In this document: one piece after another, positions 24,001 to 35,749 of the stretch
How the letters are laid out: each line of letters opens with the position of its first letter
Numbering within the stretch: the first letter of the stretch is position 1
The notes under the pieces: generated by a model
The model's input: the letters and a program-made list of their open reading frames with translations, nothing else
Database searches by the model: none
Told to the model about the DNA's origin: nothing
Translations under genes and position numbers: made by a program
DNA from: Raillietiella orientalis
Lineage: Eukaryota
Assembly: GCA_036172245.1 (NCBI GenBank)
Contig: JAYWIR010000022.1
Span: 744,001 to 808,000 of the forward strand
Reading direction: 5' to 3'
DNA length: 64,000 nucleotides

Positions 24001-26635
24001 CTTGCTTGAGCATTGCCTCACAGTGATCATGATTTTCCGGAATCCGCAGCATCACTTGCAACCTCAACAGGCTGCTTCTAGGAGCGGCCCTACCGCGAAA
24101 ACTTCTTTCTCGACCGCTATAATCCCGAAACTCATTTCCAGCGGGCACATCTTGTACCAATATCTTCAGGAGACGAACCGAAATTGACATTATTCGCTAA
24201 AGAGTATTGCTAATGGACGTTCATGGAGCTTTTATCCCAAAGACAAAATATATCTCCTAATCCAGCTGGGAGACCGCTCTTTATGAACTTTTGATGTGCT
24301 CCTGGAACACTGCATCCCATCAATGCACAGTTTAAGGAATTCAACGGATAGTAGCGCGTAAATTTCAAGGAGGAAGAGATTTGGGATGAAAGAACGCAAG
24401 TATTTTCAACAGATTTTTATTGAGGGGGAGAAAGAAGACTGCCTTAGAGATCACCTTTCTCTCAATGCAAGATGAAAGCGTAACTCTCTGTTTCATGACT
24501 TCACGGAAGAATTACAAAGACTTGACAATAGCTACAGAGAACAACCTCATAAGGCTTCGACATCTGGCGCCTTTCAAACCGTATACGCTGGTAGCTCCAT
24601 CAGTGTGCACACTAGAAGAACGCGAAGGATTTGGTTTCGTTTTCTCAGTTTACAATCTGAGACCTTCGGACAAAGCTGTACCTGAAAGAGCTGCTGTGAT
24701 CGCTGCTTTCGGGACCGCTGATCGCTCCCTGTGAAACAAAAGTAAACGAAACGAAGGCAAAGAGACCTTGGGTTCGGAGTTTGAGGTCAGATGGGATCTC
24801 CAGCGAAAGAGGTGGATATCCATCAAGTAAAGAAGGAATTCATTCAAACCGTTTTCTTATTTGGCATTAAACAGGGTGATCTTCTGAACAATTTCTCGCT
24901 CATTGAGAAACTGGCTGGCCGCTTTCTCCCGAACGGCGTATTATCGTCTCTTGTGGTGATGGTAACACGCACTTCAGCAGTGGTTGGATGCTTTCCTAAA
25001 TGAATCAGTGACCTCATACGAAAGGAAAAGCAACATTTTCGCAATTCCGGTGTTATTACCATGCCCTACAATCTAGGGTGTTTTTTGCGTCATCTGTGAA
25101 TAGAGCAAGAGAGTTTCTCAGAATGAGAATTCATCTGGTAATTGCTGTCCGGGTAGAGCACAGTGGTGTGTAATAGAGCCACAAGTGCGAATTGGATACA
25201 GCATTAACTTCACAAGAAAAGAACAGTTTTTGTGAAAAAGTGGCTAAAGGATAACCCTGCTCGAATGCTTGAGTGGAACTTCCTTGCCAGGGGCCTCACA
25301 GGCAGGAGACTTACGGTAGCTAACTAAGGAGTAGAGGAGGAGCAAGACATTGTCTCCGAATCCCTGTCAATCGGAGATGCTCTCCAAGATTCTGGGAGAA
25401 CTTCAAACCTGAGACACCTTCAAATCTGCCATCTCAATCATTCGAGAAGGAGTCAGTCAAACGGAAATGCGTCAGCTCATAATTTTCTGGAAGGCAAACC
25501 ATCATCACCTCTGCACTGTCCCCCAAAGTTCACCAGATTTTGTTACGAGACATTCGCTCCATACTTATAGATCCCTCTGCAGAGAATCCAAACGCGTTCG
25601 ACAGCTTCGAAAAATGGGACGACAAGTTTTTGATATGCTCAATGATCCCCCTAATAAGTCGCCGCCACCCCATATGCTCCTGGACCGAAAAACATTCACA
25701 GTTTGCCGCTTTCAGACCCTGAGAAAACCCTGGAACGAGAACTTCGAGAAGCCTCTGATACGGATGCTATGGAAGGGGCATACGAACTTCCCAAACGGCC
25801 TAATTAAGAAATAATCTGGTTTCCTGATGACACTCTCCGTTGCTTAGACACTGGCTAAAGGTCTTGCGAATGCAGGCAGCTGCTGGTCGTAGAACTTCCA
25901 GCGGGAACAATGATGTACCTAAAGATCACTTTGCAGGCAAATCTTTGATGCTATAGGAGAAGCTTCATCGACCTTCATCTTGCGGACTATTGCACCAGCA
26001 TGCGCAGGAGTTATTGGAAGATATCTGCATACAAGCGGTTTTAGCCCTACGGGAGTCTTCCCCACTTAGCGGTCACTGCTTCACGCTCGGACGGACAGCG
26101 GACTGCCGGATTAGAGCAGCTTGAAGCGGACGGAGGAACTAGCAAGCAGAGATGACTCCTGGCACAGAGGAGGAACAGGCATTCACTTTCCGGAAAAGGA
26201 CCCGATCCTCTTCCAGATCCTTCCCATTTTTGCCTTCTGCCGCTCCTTTGTTTAACTCGGATTTGGGGGGTGGTGATCTACGAAGGACGCCCTGCGGAGG
26301 AATGGCTCACAGCTGCACGGCAGCTATGGTGGACTACTGGGAACTCTCACGCAGTGCACAAAGGAACGAGCGAATTCGGATGCATTGGGAGAAGCGCGCT
26401 TTCCGCTCCCATGTGATTGATCCGCCGGCTGCTGAGTTGTTACCCCGAGACTCACCAAGAGGAATCTGCAAAATGGCTACGGTGATTCCGGAAAGGACAT
26501 CTCCGATGATGCATTCTCGGAATCTGTACGCTGACAACCACGTGAGGATCGGGAAGCAGGCTTGGGCAGTGGACCAGAGACTCTTGCCAGTGCAGGATTT
26601 TATCGAAAGGGAGCCTTTTACTTGTTTCCAGGGAG
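14910..26635 (-). CDS. SLC26: SLC26/SulP (prestin-like) anion transporter, 12 identified coding exons, N-terminal exon(s) not located
   Basis: Phase-consistent exon chain 26456-26635, 23771-23881, 23557-23711, 20927-21091, 20332-20436, 18804-18937, 17762-17924, 17527-17703, 17168-17440, 16928-17099, 15082-15225, 14910-15028. Motifs [80 protein letters not shown] at 14910-14912. Confidence 0.95.
15082..15225 (-). CDS. SLC26: SLC26 exon (STAS core)
   Basis: ttccag / gtgagg; [47 protein letters not shown]. Confidence 0.9.
15850..16450 (-). mobile_element. Decayed LINE APE endonuclease in SLC26 intron
   Basis: [14 protein letters not shown] (cf. YAP...R..FF) and LILEGGKF (cf. ILGGDFN). Confidence 0.45.
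16928..17099 (-). CDS. SLC26: SLC26 exon (STAS N-part and short variable loop)
   Basis: ttacag acceptor; [26 protein letters not shown]...AAVE, GAAG/gtaagc donor gives phase 1 matching the next exon. Confidence 0.82.
17168..17440 (-). CDS. SLC26: SLC26 exon (TM12-TM14), probable GC donor
   Basis: [20 protein letters not shown]...GILVGV...RP...[10 protein letters not shown] followed by gcgagg. Confidence 0.88.
17527..17703 (-). CDS. SLC26: SLC26 exon (TM10-TM11)
   Basis: cccag / gtaagc; [59 protein letters not shown]. Confidence 0.93.
17762..17924 (-). CDS. SLC26: SLC26 exon (TM8-TM9)
   Basis: ctcag / gtaacg; [54 protein letters not shown]. Confidence 0.93.
18804..18937 (-). CDS. SLC26: SLC26 exon (TM7)
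   Basis: tttcag / gtgagt; [45 protein letters not shown]. Confidence 0.93.
20332..20436 (-). CDS. SLC26: SLC26 exon (TM6)
   Basis: cgcag / gtact; [35 protein letters not shown] (not in the supplied ORF track). Confidence 0.88.
20927..21091 (-). CDS. SLC26: SLC26 exon (TM5)
   Basis: ttgcag / gtaagt; [55 protein letters not shown]. Confidence 0.95.
21417..21720 (-). repeat. Older, internally deleted copy of the 667-bp family (intronic)
   Basis: Starts ttccacgtggtc as at 38742; shares ggaacgcgttccccagcacgtg, cttcacgctttcc, cgcgccaccgctc, cgtatcgactct, cttgcggacgc. Confidence 0.85.
21950..23300 (-). pseudogene. Decayed NACHT-type NTPase sequence inside SLC26 intron
   Basis: Ordered remnants RRIILSG (Walker A strand), FFGFDD (Walker B), [17 protein letters not shown] (cf. 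FxHxxxQE), FTFLRIAC. Confidence 0.4.
23557..23711 (-). CDS. SLC26: SLC26 exon (TM3-TM4)
   Basis: 59-nt upstream intron; [15 protein letters not shown]...[14 protein letters not shown] then gtaacg. Confidence 0.92.
23771..23881 (-). CDS. SLC26: SLC26 exon (sulfate-transporter signature region)
   Basis: ttcttag acceptor, gtgagt donor; [37 protein letters not shown]. Confidence 0.95.
24400..25900 (+). mobile_element. Decayed RTE-like LINE reverse transcriptase (intronic)
   Basis: [16 protein letters not shown] and RMLWKGH (cf. RTE RLRWxGH) in the expected order. Confidence 0.5.
26456..26635 (-). CDS. SLC26: SLC26 exon (pre-TM1/TM1)
   Basis: ttgcag acceptor, gtgag donor; [59 protein letters not shown]. 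Confidence 0.9.
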
Positions 26636-27999
26636 CTGCAAGAGACGAAACAGGTAGTGCTTGTTGGTAATGAGGAGCGCCTCAGTCGCGCTCAGCACAC
26701 CGTCAGCCAAACCCAAAGACGCAGAAAAAGCGCGCTTTGGAGAGACGCTCGGTGCAGGAAATCCTCTCTTATGATCCCATGATGAGGACGGCCACAGACA
26801 TCGATCCTCCACCCGAAAACGCCTCGGCGGATTCGAGGATCCTCTTCGGTCGCATCATTGCGAACAAGTACCCATCGTACACGAGCTCGTGAATTATACC
26901 TCCCGTTAATGTACATATAAGTTACATTGAATGTACATGGGATGAAAAGTACGGAAAATGGAATTATGATGAAGTATAGTGTACATAATGAATACCTGAA
27001 CACGGCACAAAGCAGTGTGCGGTTCTTGGGCATCAAGTCGCGAACTTTCCCCAGGCAATGGACTCAATTTGTCGGGTGATTCGAGACGAATCGTATCCGC
27101 AATTTTTGATTGAGAAGGATGTGCACCATGTTCTTGGATCACCTCCCGATTTATCACTCCTGCGCTTCACCTCGAGAAGGAAATTGTCTCCTGTGGTAAG
27201 TCATCACTTCGCCTCAGCGATTTTCGGTGAGCGCGACCTTCAGGGACTCCTCCCGCCGATCGATGCCACCTAGAAAAATTTCTCTTTCCGGATTTCTTCT
27301 CTTGTTGAGCCACTTGGAGGTCCAGGCTAATCAGTCACTAACAGATCGCCGAGCCCTTGGTCATTCAGGTCTCCGAAGAAAGGTCATCATTCCGATCGCT
27401 GCCGATTTTCCACCAAAGTGGCGCCTTCACTTTCGTGATCAGGGGACCCGAAGATCAGCGTCGAGGGGATCCCAAAGGCATTCTGGAAGCATTCTCTTCT
27501 TTTCTCTCACTTGTATCCCTCCTCGTGACCACTCCCGCACTCTCGCTCGGCATGGCAGTCCGTGTACAGGATCGCCCTCCTCCGCGAGGGGCAATCCTAC
27601 CAAAGGTTGTTTGCACACCTTCTCCATGCTCAACAAGACCAAACGCAAGATCAGCACAGAGTGAACCTCTTCCCCCTTGTTCCATCTTCCCCTTTCAATC
27701 CTTCTGATCTTTGACTGCAGCTTCATCCTTTTCCGCGACAATGAGCGGTCACTGCGCAAAGCGATGCATGAGCTGCTAACCTTTCACTCTTGAGAGATCA
27801 TCCTATTTGTCTCCGAGAGATACAAGTCCTGTCAATCTCTCCTCTCTTCTTTCGATGCTGAAAGCAACACCCTCCGTGAAACTCATATGGTTCTTTGACA
27901 GGGCGTTGCATCGGAAACGCCTTCAGCGCTTGGAAGTCTGCACAGCTCGGTAACTCCTCGAAGGACAGTCTCTCCTATCTAGGAGCATGTACAGGAACA

Positions 28000-28600
28000 T
28001 CTGCTGCTCATCTTCTCTCCAGCGGCCTGATATCTAGAATCGCAGCATCAGAAAAATGATAACCAAAAGTATCCAATTGCGAGGGGCGAAAGGAGCAGCA
28101 TTTACTCTCTGAACCGTCTTCGCGAGACGCAGTGGTTTCAGGCACAGATCAGGGCCTTCCATTGGAAACAACGGGAGAGTCCCTGTGTAAATCACTCCAA
28201 CGTCCACCTGAATGTACCGAGCTCTTCGTCGAATCCTTAACTTGGACTTGCTAGACTGGAGGCTCTATGCAAGCTCCCGTCCAGATTCGCTGCGACCGGG
28301 AGTCGAGTGAGACTTTGAAGTCGCCGTTCAGTATCCTGGAATCTCGAGCAGTCATGGCAGCGAGCGGAGTTTGCAAAGCTTCACGGATGAATGAGTTCAG
28401 GGAGCGCCAAGGGTGGCTCAGGATCAGAGGTTGGAAAGACCGAGGTGAGTTGCAGCCAGCCCACACCAAGCAGCTCTCGAAGACTCACGTCCTCGCACTG
28501 ATGGGTGATTTCAGAAGTGTCACTGCCTGAGCCCACACCCACGCTTGGGATGCACTTCTAAGCAAATGCGTGTAAAATACTCCGCAGAGGTTTGAAATCT
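28000..28600 (-). mobile_element. Decayed LINE APE endonuclease
   Basis: FIREALQ...RDSRILNGDFKV, downstream QLD remnant. Confidence 0.6.
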
Positions 28601-29199
28601 GTCAGGAGAACCCCGATAGTTCCAAACGGATGTAGGTGGCATTCCGAGATGCTGCATTCCACACTGAAGTCATGCCGCTGTTACAGTCCCGTCAGGAATC
28701 AGTGAATGGGTGGAGGATACCACCCCAGTTAAAAACCCAGCAGGCTTCCATCGCGAGCTGAGGATTCGATGCAAAACGAGCATTCTCTTCGACGATGCTC
28801 AGATAGTCACTTCACGGTAAACCTACAAAAGCCCTGAGGTCTGTTCGCTTCAGTTACGTGATCGATTGCTTCGGATGCCTTCTGCTTGGGATTGACGATA
28901 TGAAGGATGACCTTCAAAACGTTTCGCATGCATCCCTCCCGTGACACCCAAGGAAAGAATGACGCTCTGGACACCAAAGTGGAGCATCTTACTCTGGTGA
29001 AATATGGGAGATAGAGATGTGAAGGGAAGCTGGGGAAGGGACTGTGGGCTTGCTGAGGGGTAAGAATACGCTGCTGCTGCTGCTGGAAGACGTAGTCAGC
29101 AGTGTCCGCTCAATGCAAGCCGGCCAGACGGTCGCATCGGGCAACTCCTCTTGCAAGTCTACCCGGAAGTGCTCTGGTATCCAGCCACCTTCACCACCG

Positions 29200-29700
29200 T
29201 CCACTCCTTCTCCTATGATTCCCAATTGGGCACTTTGGAGCTTTCGTGGAAGCAGGCGAGATCCGCTAGGCGGCCAGCAGGAGAAAGCGAAGGAAGGACG
29301 CCGAACCACTTGGGTAAAGTGTAGAAAGGTGAAGGTGGATCGACCTACTTCAGGATTGCGGATGGGGACCGGCTCCTCCTGTAGGTCCGCGATAATCGTG
29401 ACGCCGATGAGGGAAACACCTCCCGACGGGCTGCTGCTCAAGCCGATTGGACACCGAAGGCTGGGAGACCCTACGAGGAAAGGGAGCCGGCACTGCCCTC
29501 TTCTTGAGAGGTCTCGGAGACGTATGGGGCACGCATCTTCCGGTCCCGAAGGGACTGGAGAGGTGATGCTGCGAGTCACGAGAGCCGAGGTCCACTCGAC
29601 GACCTTTATCTCAAAGACACTCCAGCGGATGTAGGAGAGAGGGTCCATAAGACATCCACCCACCCTTCCCCTTTCTGCCACAATCCGTTTCGCCGCTACC
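29200..29700 (-). mobile_element. DIRS-like/LTR-type reverse transcriptase relic
   Basis: Within ORF 28989-30194: FEIKVVE...GPEDACPI...LPF...CPIGLSSSP...VTIIADL (cf. DLKDAY, LPFGLSSAP, YLDD). Confidence 0.5.
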
Positions 29701-29949
29701 CCATTCGGGAGACGATGCCCTCCCGGACCTTGATCTCTCAGTCTACCATGTATACACATAAAGGATTGACTCAGAGGCCAAGATGCTCGCTCGTTGACCA
29801 CAAGTGTCTCTGAGCGCTGGGTATCGAATGAACCACTCGGAGAGGTATCGTCCGACGGAAGATGATACGGTTGGATCGCGAGATGCAGGAGTCCTGTGTG
29901 GATCTCCATGGAGACACTTTCTCCCTCGCAAGAAACGGTCGGGGAGAGA

Positions 29950-32250
29950 CTCCGAGTGGCCCCGTTTCGCTCGCCACGCCTGTCTCTGTCCCGCTCGTTC
30001 GATCCCTCCGCCTCTGCTGCTGTGCCCTCCTCCCCCCTGGTGCACGGGTGCGGAGGCATCAGATCCCAAGGACGTGGGTACTTACCCGGGAGGATCCTCT
30101 TCTCGGGACATTCCTTCCACTCCTCGTTCAGGGAGGCATTCGAGAGAATCTTCGCGCGGAGGGCGGACCTCGGGATGTCGTCACACTGGACCATCTGGAA
30201 AAAAATCGACTTGTGGTCGAGCGGAGAGAGCGGAAGCTCACCAGCTCCCTCGAGAGGAGGACCCTTGAAGTTATGCAGAAGAGACTCCCGCCCACACTGC
30301 CGCGGAGCTCGGGAACGGATGGGTCGCGCAGTAGGGGCGCTCCAGGAGGCACTCAGCCATGCCCGGACTCCCCGTCTTCTTAATCCCCACCCCCGCGCCT
30401 ACAAGAGGGTATTCAGGAAGCAAGAATCCAAGGGTCACGACGCTTCGTTTTGTCTTTCGTTGTTCTGCACGGCGTATGCGCAGCGCCCCACCTCCTTTTG
30501 CGGGGAGAGGAAGGGGACGGGGAGCGGAGGCATCTACTCTGTCTTCCTTTCCAGCGAGGGCCGCCCTTCTCAGCCGTCATCCCCAAGCCGTTGGTGAAAG
30601 GCGCTGCTCGCCTCACGACGCTGCCTCGGGCGCTCAGGCGCCGGTCTTCTCGCAAAGACGTCCGCAAGGTGAGCGCGGAGACGATGGCAGTGGCGGTGGT
30701 GGATCGGCGGAAATCCATTCCTCTTTCTTTTCTCCTCCCCCTCTGCCTTTCTGTCCCCCTCGGTGGCTCCGGAGGCTGGGTTCTGTTTTTCTTCCGAGAG
30801 CAACAGCCTCTCTTCTCCCTGAAGTCCCGCCCCAGTAAGGACTGAGCCCTCTCTTCCCGTTTCGCGCCCTTGAGCACCTGGCACTCCACCCTCGAGCGCT
30901 CCTTCCGGCTTTGACCCTTCATCCCTCCTCTGGACCCGGTTAGGCCTGCGGAGAAAGGAATGGAAGGTACCCCTCTCTAAAGTTCCAATCCCACTCCATT
31001 GAGAAGCCCTCAGGTCCTTCTTCAGAGAAGCGATCGCGTGGCGCTTCTTCCCCAGTCGCTCCAGCAAGCGGAAGGGAGTCTGGACAACCTCGAAGCGTCT
31101 AGCCTCCTCGTTGCCTTCTTGCGTCAATGGCAACCTTCCTCTTATTTCTTTGCATCCTTTGCGGCGGTAGCATCCTGCCTTCCTCTTTCCCCTATGCCCT
31201 CCCCGCGCCTGGATCAGCAGGAAGTACATCGGGAAAACCCAGGGAAGCCCGACATCTCTGGGAGAGAAGGATGTCCTGGCGTTTCCGGGACTCTCTCCCT
31301 TCTCCTGAGACGACCGACCCACCTATCAAAGGGAGAGTTAAAAGTGACTCCAGCGTTTTCTTTCTTCCCTTTCCCTCGGGAGCCGCTCTCCAAGGTTTAG
31401 AACCACCGTCCTGCAAGAATCGGCTCCCACATAGGGCTGCAGCGGTCTGAGGAACCGTAACGGGATGGGCAGGTGGAGCACGTGGCAAAAGAAGCTGATT
31501 CGACGTCTCACCCGCCTCTCTTTACCTTGGTTCAGCTGTGGATGCTGAGCGACAGCTGCTGCTCGTCTTCTCAGTGGCTCCTGACGTCTCTCCTCTTCCG
31601 GCGCACCTTTGGCAGCAGGTCTATCATGTAAATGCCTGCAACCCGCGAGCGAAGCTGCTTTTATGCCTTGGAGGGCATCCGCTTTCACTTCCGATATGGA
31701 GAAAGCGCTGCCCCCAGAGAGGACGGAAAGTTAACAGGGTGGAGGGAGGACGAGAGCGATGAATCGAGAGATATCTTCGGGTTGCCGAGGGCACCGGCTT
31801 CCGATGCGGCGCGTTCTCCGGGCAGGCTCCATCGTCTATCGTATACGATGCGCCGCCGGGTCCACGGCGAGTGGAGGTCCATTTTGGTCGATCCCGCAAC
31901 CAGGCCGTTGCCGCTCACCTCGTTCGTGACTCGCCTTCCTCCAGCAGCATCTGCCGAGGTCCAGCGAACGAATCCCGGAAGCGGCGCCTGCCGTCGGCCG
32001 GGTGCTCTTCTGCCGCCATCGACGCAGGAGCCACACCGACTGTGGGTGCAACAAAGGCGGTAGCTGCGTCTCGCGCATCCTTTCCTACTTCCAGCGGACT
32101 GCCTCTTGGGCACGCGAACGGCCTCGAAGCGGTTGCGAAGGCCGCAAGAGCCTGAGTGGATGAGGATCGCTGGAGGGCTGGGAAGCAGCCGAGGGGCGTC
32201 TCCTGAGATCGCTCGGCTGCTTCCCAAAAGGCGTCAATAAACATGAGGAG
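29950..32250 (+). mobile_element. Decayed LINE ORF1/gag-like GC-rich fragments
   Basis: Zinc-knuckle-like remnants KRVFRKQESKGHDASFCLSLFCTA (about 30400-30480) and LLCLGGH (about 31660). Confidence 0.35.
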
Positions 32251-32949
32251 GAGATTTTCCACAGAATTCACCTCCGTTCGGACCTCTCCGTCTGTGCCGC
32301 CTCCTTCAGTGTCTCTTTAAATGCACGAATTAGCCCGCAGAGTGCGCAAATGCTTGCGGACGAGACACACGCCGATCAGCAGGAGATCCTCGCACACAAG
32401 TGCCAGAACGGGGTGCTGATGGGGAAGAAGAAATAGGGAAAACGACCTCCACCCACGTACACTGACAAACACTGAAAGAGAGAAGGGAGACGGGTTCAGC
32501 TGTTCCACGATTCAGGGAAGGGGAGGAAGGAGACGGCCACCAGGTGACTCGCAGAGTGCCTGCGGTATATTCCCCATCAGAGGTCAATTCTTCTTGCTAA
32601 TCGTCTCATCTTCGAAATGATGCGATGCTCCAGTCCCACGACGACGACGCTGCTCCATCGTATGGCAAGTGGTGGCTGCCTCTCGGATTCAGCGCAGCAT
32701 TGACTAAAAGTCTTTGTGGCATGAAGAACTGCTGGAGGGAGCCATCGGTGTGACTCATGTGTTCAAAGCAAGAGTTCCCTTGGACATGGCGTTTGCTGGT
32801 TCCTTAACAACCGCAGGGTGGGTCCCAATACCAGGACGGGATTTGGTTTCTGGAGTTTCTAAAGCATGCACCTCCTGCCGAGGAAGGTCATTGGCTAGCT
32901 AGCTTGTGGCTGGTTCGCTGTTGCCGACCGAGTGGAGGGAATCAGGAGG

Positions 32950-33130
32950 GGAGTATCTCCTGGTACCGAGCCTCCTCAAGATGGCAGTCTCTTGCTAGTG
33001 GTCCAACAACGAATCTTCAAACAACGAATCCCTGCCTCCACGAGAGGGATGTTCTTCCTTCTCGTGGAGAAACCGGCATGTGGAGCAGATCCCCGACTGG
33101 TCTCTGACCAGAGACACCTGAACCCTGGAG
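32950..33130 (+). mobile_element. DIRS/LTR-type RT domains 1-2 relic
   Basis: FFLLVEKPACGADPRLVSDQRHLN (cf. FLVPK...RLVxDLRxLN). Confidence 0.55.
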
Positions 33131-33939
33131 ATGACGCCCTTGGATTTTACCCTTTTCGGAAGAGGCAGGTGAGAGGAAGCGGAATGCGAACCTGTTGGCA
33201 ACGCCGTTAGCGTCAGGCGTGAAACCCTGCTCCTCTCTCAAGACTGTGGTTGTACGCCAGGAGGATCTCAAGGGAGGCACAAAAAATCCCTGTGGACGCT
33301 TATTGTGTGCGCGTTTCGTGAGTCCATCGGATGGTTGCACATGTGCCACGGAGACGCAATCTCTGAGGCACTTTAAGGGACCCTTAGGCTACATGAACGC
33401 CAGCTGCGGTCGCAGCACCTCGTCACAGATGTGCCGTAATGAGTTGCTGCTTGTCACGTTCCGGCATAACGCTGAAGAGGGAGGAATCCAATACAGAGTT
33501 ACCAGAGCCTCATTCTTCAACAAGCCTTCGAGTAAACGTGGCATCTACGAACGAACCGAGGGCAGCTCGAAAGGTTATTGGGATTTTTGTGAGAACAAAA
33601 AAAACGAATCACCCTTGCTGACATGGGTCTGCTCTTACCCATACGATCTTTAGCCAACTCGTCAGAATTTGCATCTTCGATTGTGCGATCACACGCCACC
33701 ACATACACTGTCACAGCTAGCACTGCATAAACACCGACTGTGGTGCGTGTAAAAAATACCCAATGTTGAGGGCAATACAGAAGCATAGAAGCTGCATGCA
33801 GCGGAGCAAGTGGGTATCTGAATGAGAGTTAGAGAAGTGGCGCACTCGAATCTGGTATTCGGCGCTGGATAGACAGATCCCGGATAAGTCGAACGCTCGA
33901 AAAACGAGACTCTCGAGGGCTGCAAGCGAGTGTCAGATG

Positions 33940-34960
33940 CAGGGCTGCTCGAAGATTTTCTTTTGACTGGGGTGAAATTGTCTTTTGGAAAGGCAGACGG
34001 AAGAACAGAACGAATTCCTGAAAGGATGGTAAGGTAGCAACATCTCAGCATATTGAAAGAGTTGCAATCTGATTCCATAAGAGCAGCTGCCAGCTATTCC
34101 AAAAGGCATGATCGCGTTCTTGCAAGAAACGGATTCATAGAAGACATGAAAAGTTTAGATAAATCGTGGCTAGTATCTTATTGAGGGCGAAGAACTAGAA
34201 GATAGCTTTCGTTGAGAGCGTAGGTGGACTGCCAGTGGGAACGCGAAGATGGCTATAAGGGAAAAGGGCATATCAACATCCATATACAAGAATCATCCTG
34301 TTTGGAAGACTCTGCTGCATCCATTTTCTCTGTCTGTTTTGAGGGAAACTTCAATAAAAGTACTTTGCAGTGAAAGAGATGTCTGATCTCTCTCAGCAAT
34401 GGATAATAAGAACTGGAAAAAGCTTCCGACAGGAAATTGATTGGCTTCTTGAAATGCACTCGGAATATTTATGGCTATGCAACCCAGTGTCTGCAGCGCT
34501 GAATCACACAATTTGATAACGCTCTGAAGGCTGAAAGCATCATCATCGGTTCGTCTATCAGGACAGTAATCTGCTCGGAGAAAGGATGTCAAGGTATTAG
34601 GCCCTTAGGTTCTGTGGGATGCACCAGATCCATGACACTTTGGAAACGGAAAGGAGCCAACAAGCCAGATTCTTGCGAAGCATTTGCTATTCATGATTTC
34701 TTATAACGACTGCTTAATAACTTGAGGTTTTATCTTCACGCATCGCAGTAGTGCATTGATCGACCATGAAACCTTCCTTTCTCGTCAGTTTCAGCTGGTC
34801 CACAGTTTTCCTTTTTTCTTCTTCGCTGAAAACTTTCCAACGTTTCCTGACCTTTCTATGCGGCGTCGGATTGTGGAGGCATTTTCCAGCTACTCCGACA
34901 CGTTACGTGCTTTCTTGTATGGACTTTTGGAACCTTGTGCAAGAAGCGACAGCATCCTGA
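33940..34960 (+). pseudogene. Possible decayed NACHT-type sequence
   Basis: LLTGVKLSFGK, LIEGEEL, FYLHASQ and FLTFLCGV in NACHT order, with stops and frameshifts. Confidence 0.35.
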
Positions 34961-35249
34961 GATGAAAGCAATGACGCAGCCACTTTTTTTTTTTTTCAAT
35001 CCCAGGAGGCAATCGGAATTGAATCGGACCCACGTTCTTGAGAGCCCTCCACGAAACGCATGTACCAACGTGAGACGATCGCTGCAAAAATCACGTAAAA
35101 TCCAAAGTGATCCTTGTTGTGTGATTACACTCTTGCTGCGCTTAGGACTGTTTCCGAAGATAGAGTGCTCACCTTACCATGGATAAGAGATTGCTAACTC
35201 AGTGTCTTGTAGACGATTACCAACAGCATCTCTTATCTTTCTCGTCGCC

Positions 35250-35650
35250 TTACCACGACAGGCAATTTCCATGCTTTCGACTGCACTGGCATGAAATACG
35301 ACGTCTCTGACAAGAAGGGTGAATACCTATGAATAAACAATAGAGGAACCGACAGCATCTTCAGACTTGTTTGTTTGGATGCAGCATGGAACGTGAGCAG
35401 CCTTGGGTTGTCGCGTACACGACATCGTCCGTGAAGCAACACGCGCAACTCCCAGGATCATGCGCAACTCCTGACATGTTTGCAAACAGGATTGCAGATA
35501 CACGTTATCAATCAGGGGACCCTCTCAGCATCTTTTGTTTGATGTCTCCTTTGTCAGTTCTCAGAGCAACTGCACGGAGGAGGGCGCAAAAGTCCCTCTT
35601 CCGGCAGCGCTTAGTTTGGTATGGCACGACATCAGCGTGCAGACACTGAA
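35250..35650 (+). mobile_element. LINE RT relic (R4/RLE-like)
   Basis: HAFDC and YQSGDPLSIFCLMSPLSVL (cf. QGDSLSPLLFCLAMNPLS). Confidence 0.55.
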
Positions 35651-35749
35651 GAACAAACACACTATTCGCTCCCGGGATCTGAACAGGAAGAACTTCAGAA
35701 AGTGAAGAATTGCGACAGGGAAGTACAGCCCTCTTTTGCTCCTCCTCCG

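Noticed and set aside
26640..27700. Candidate first coding exons of SLC26 near the first identified exon
   Set aside because: No candidate had both an open SLC26-like frame and a phase-1 donor
28989..30194. 401-aa minus-strand ORF as a host gene
   Set aside because: Composite of a degenerate RT remnant and antisense GC-rich TE sequence; catalytic motifs destroyed
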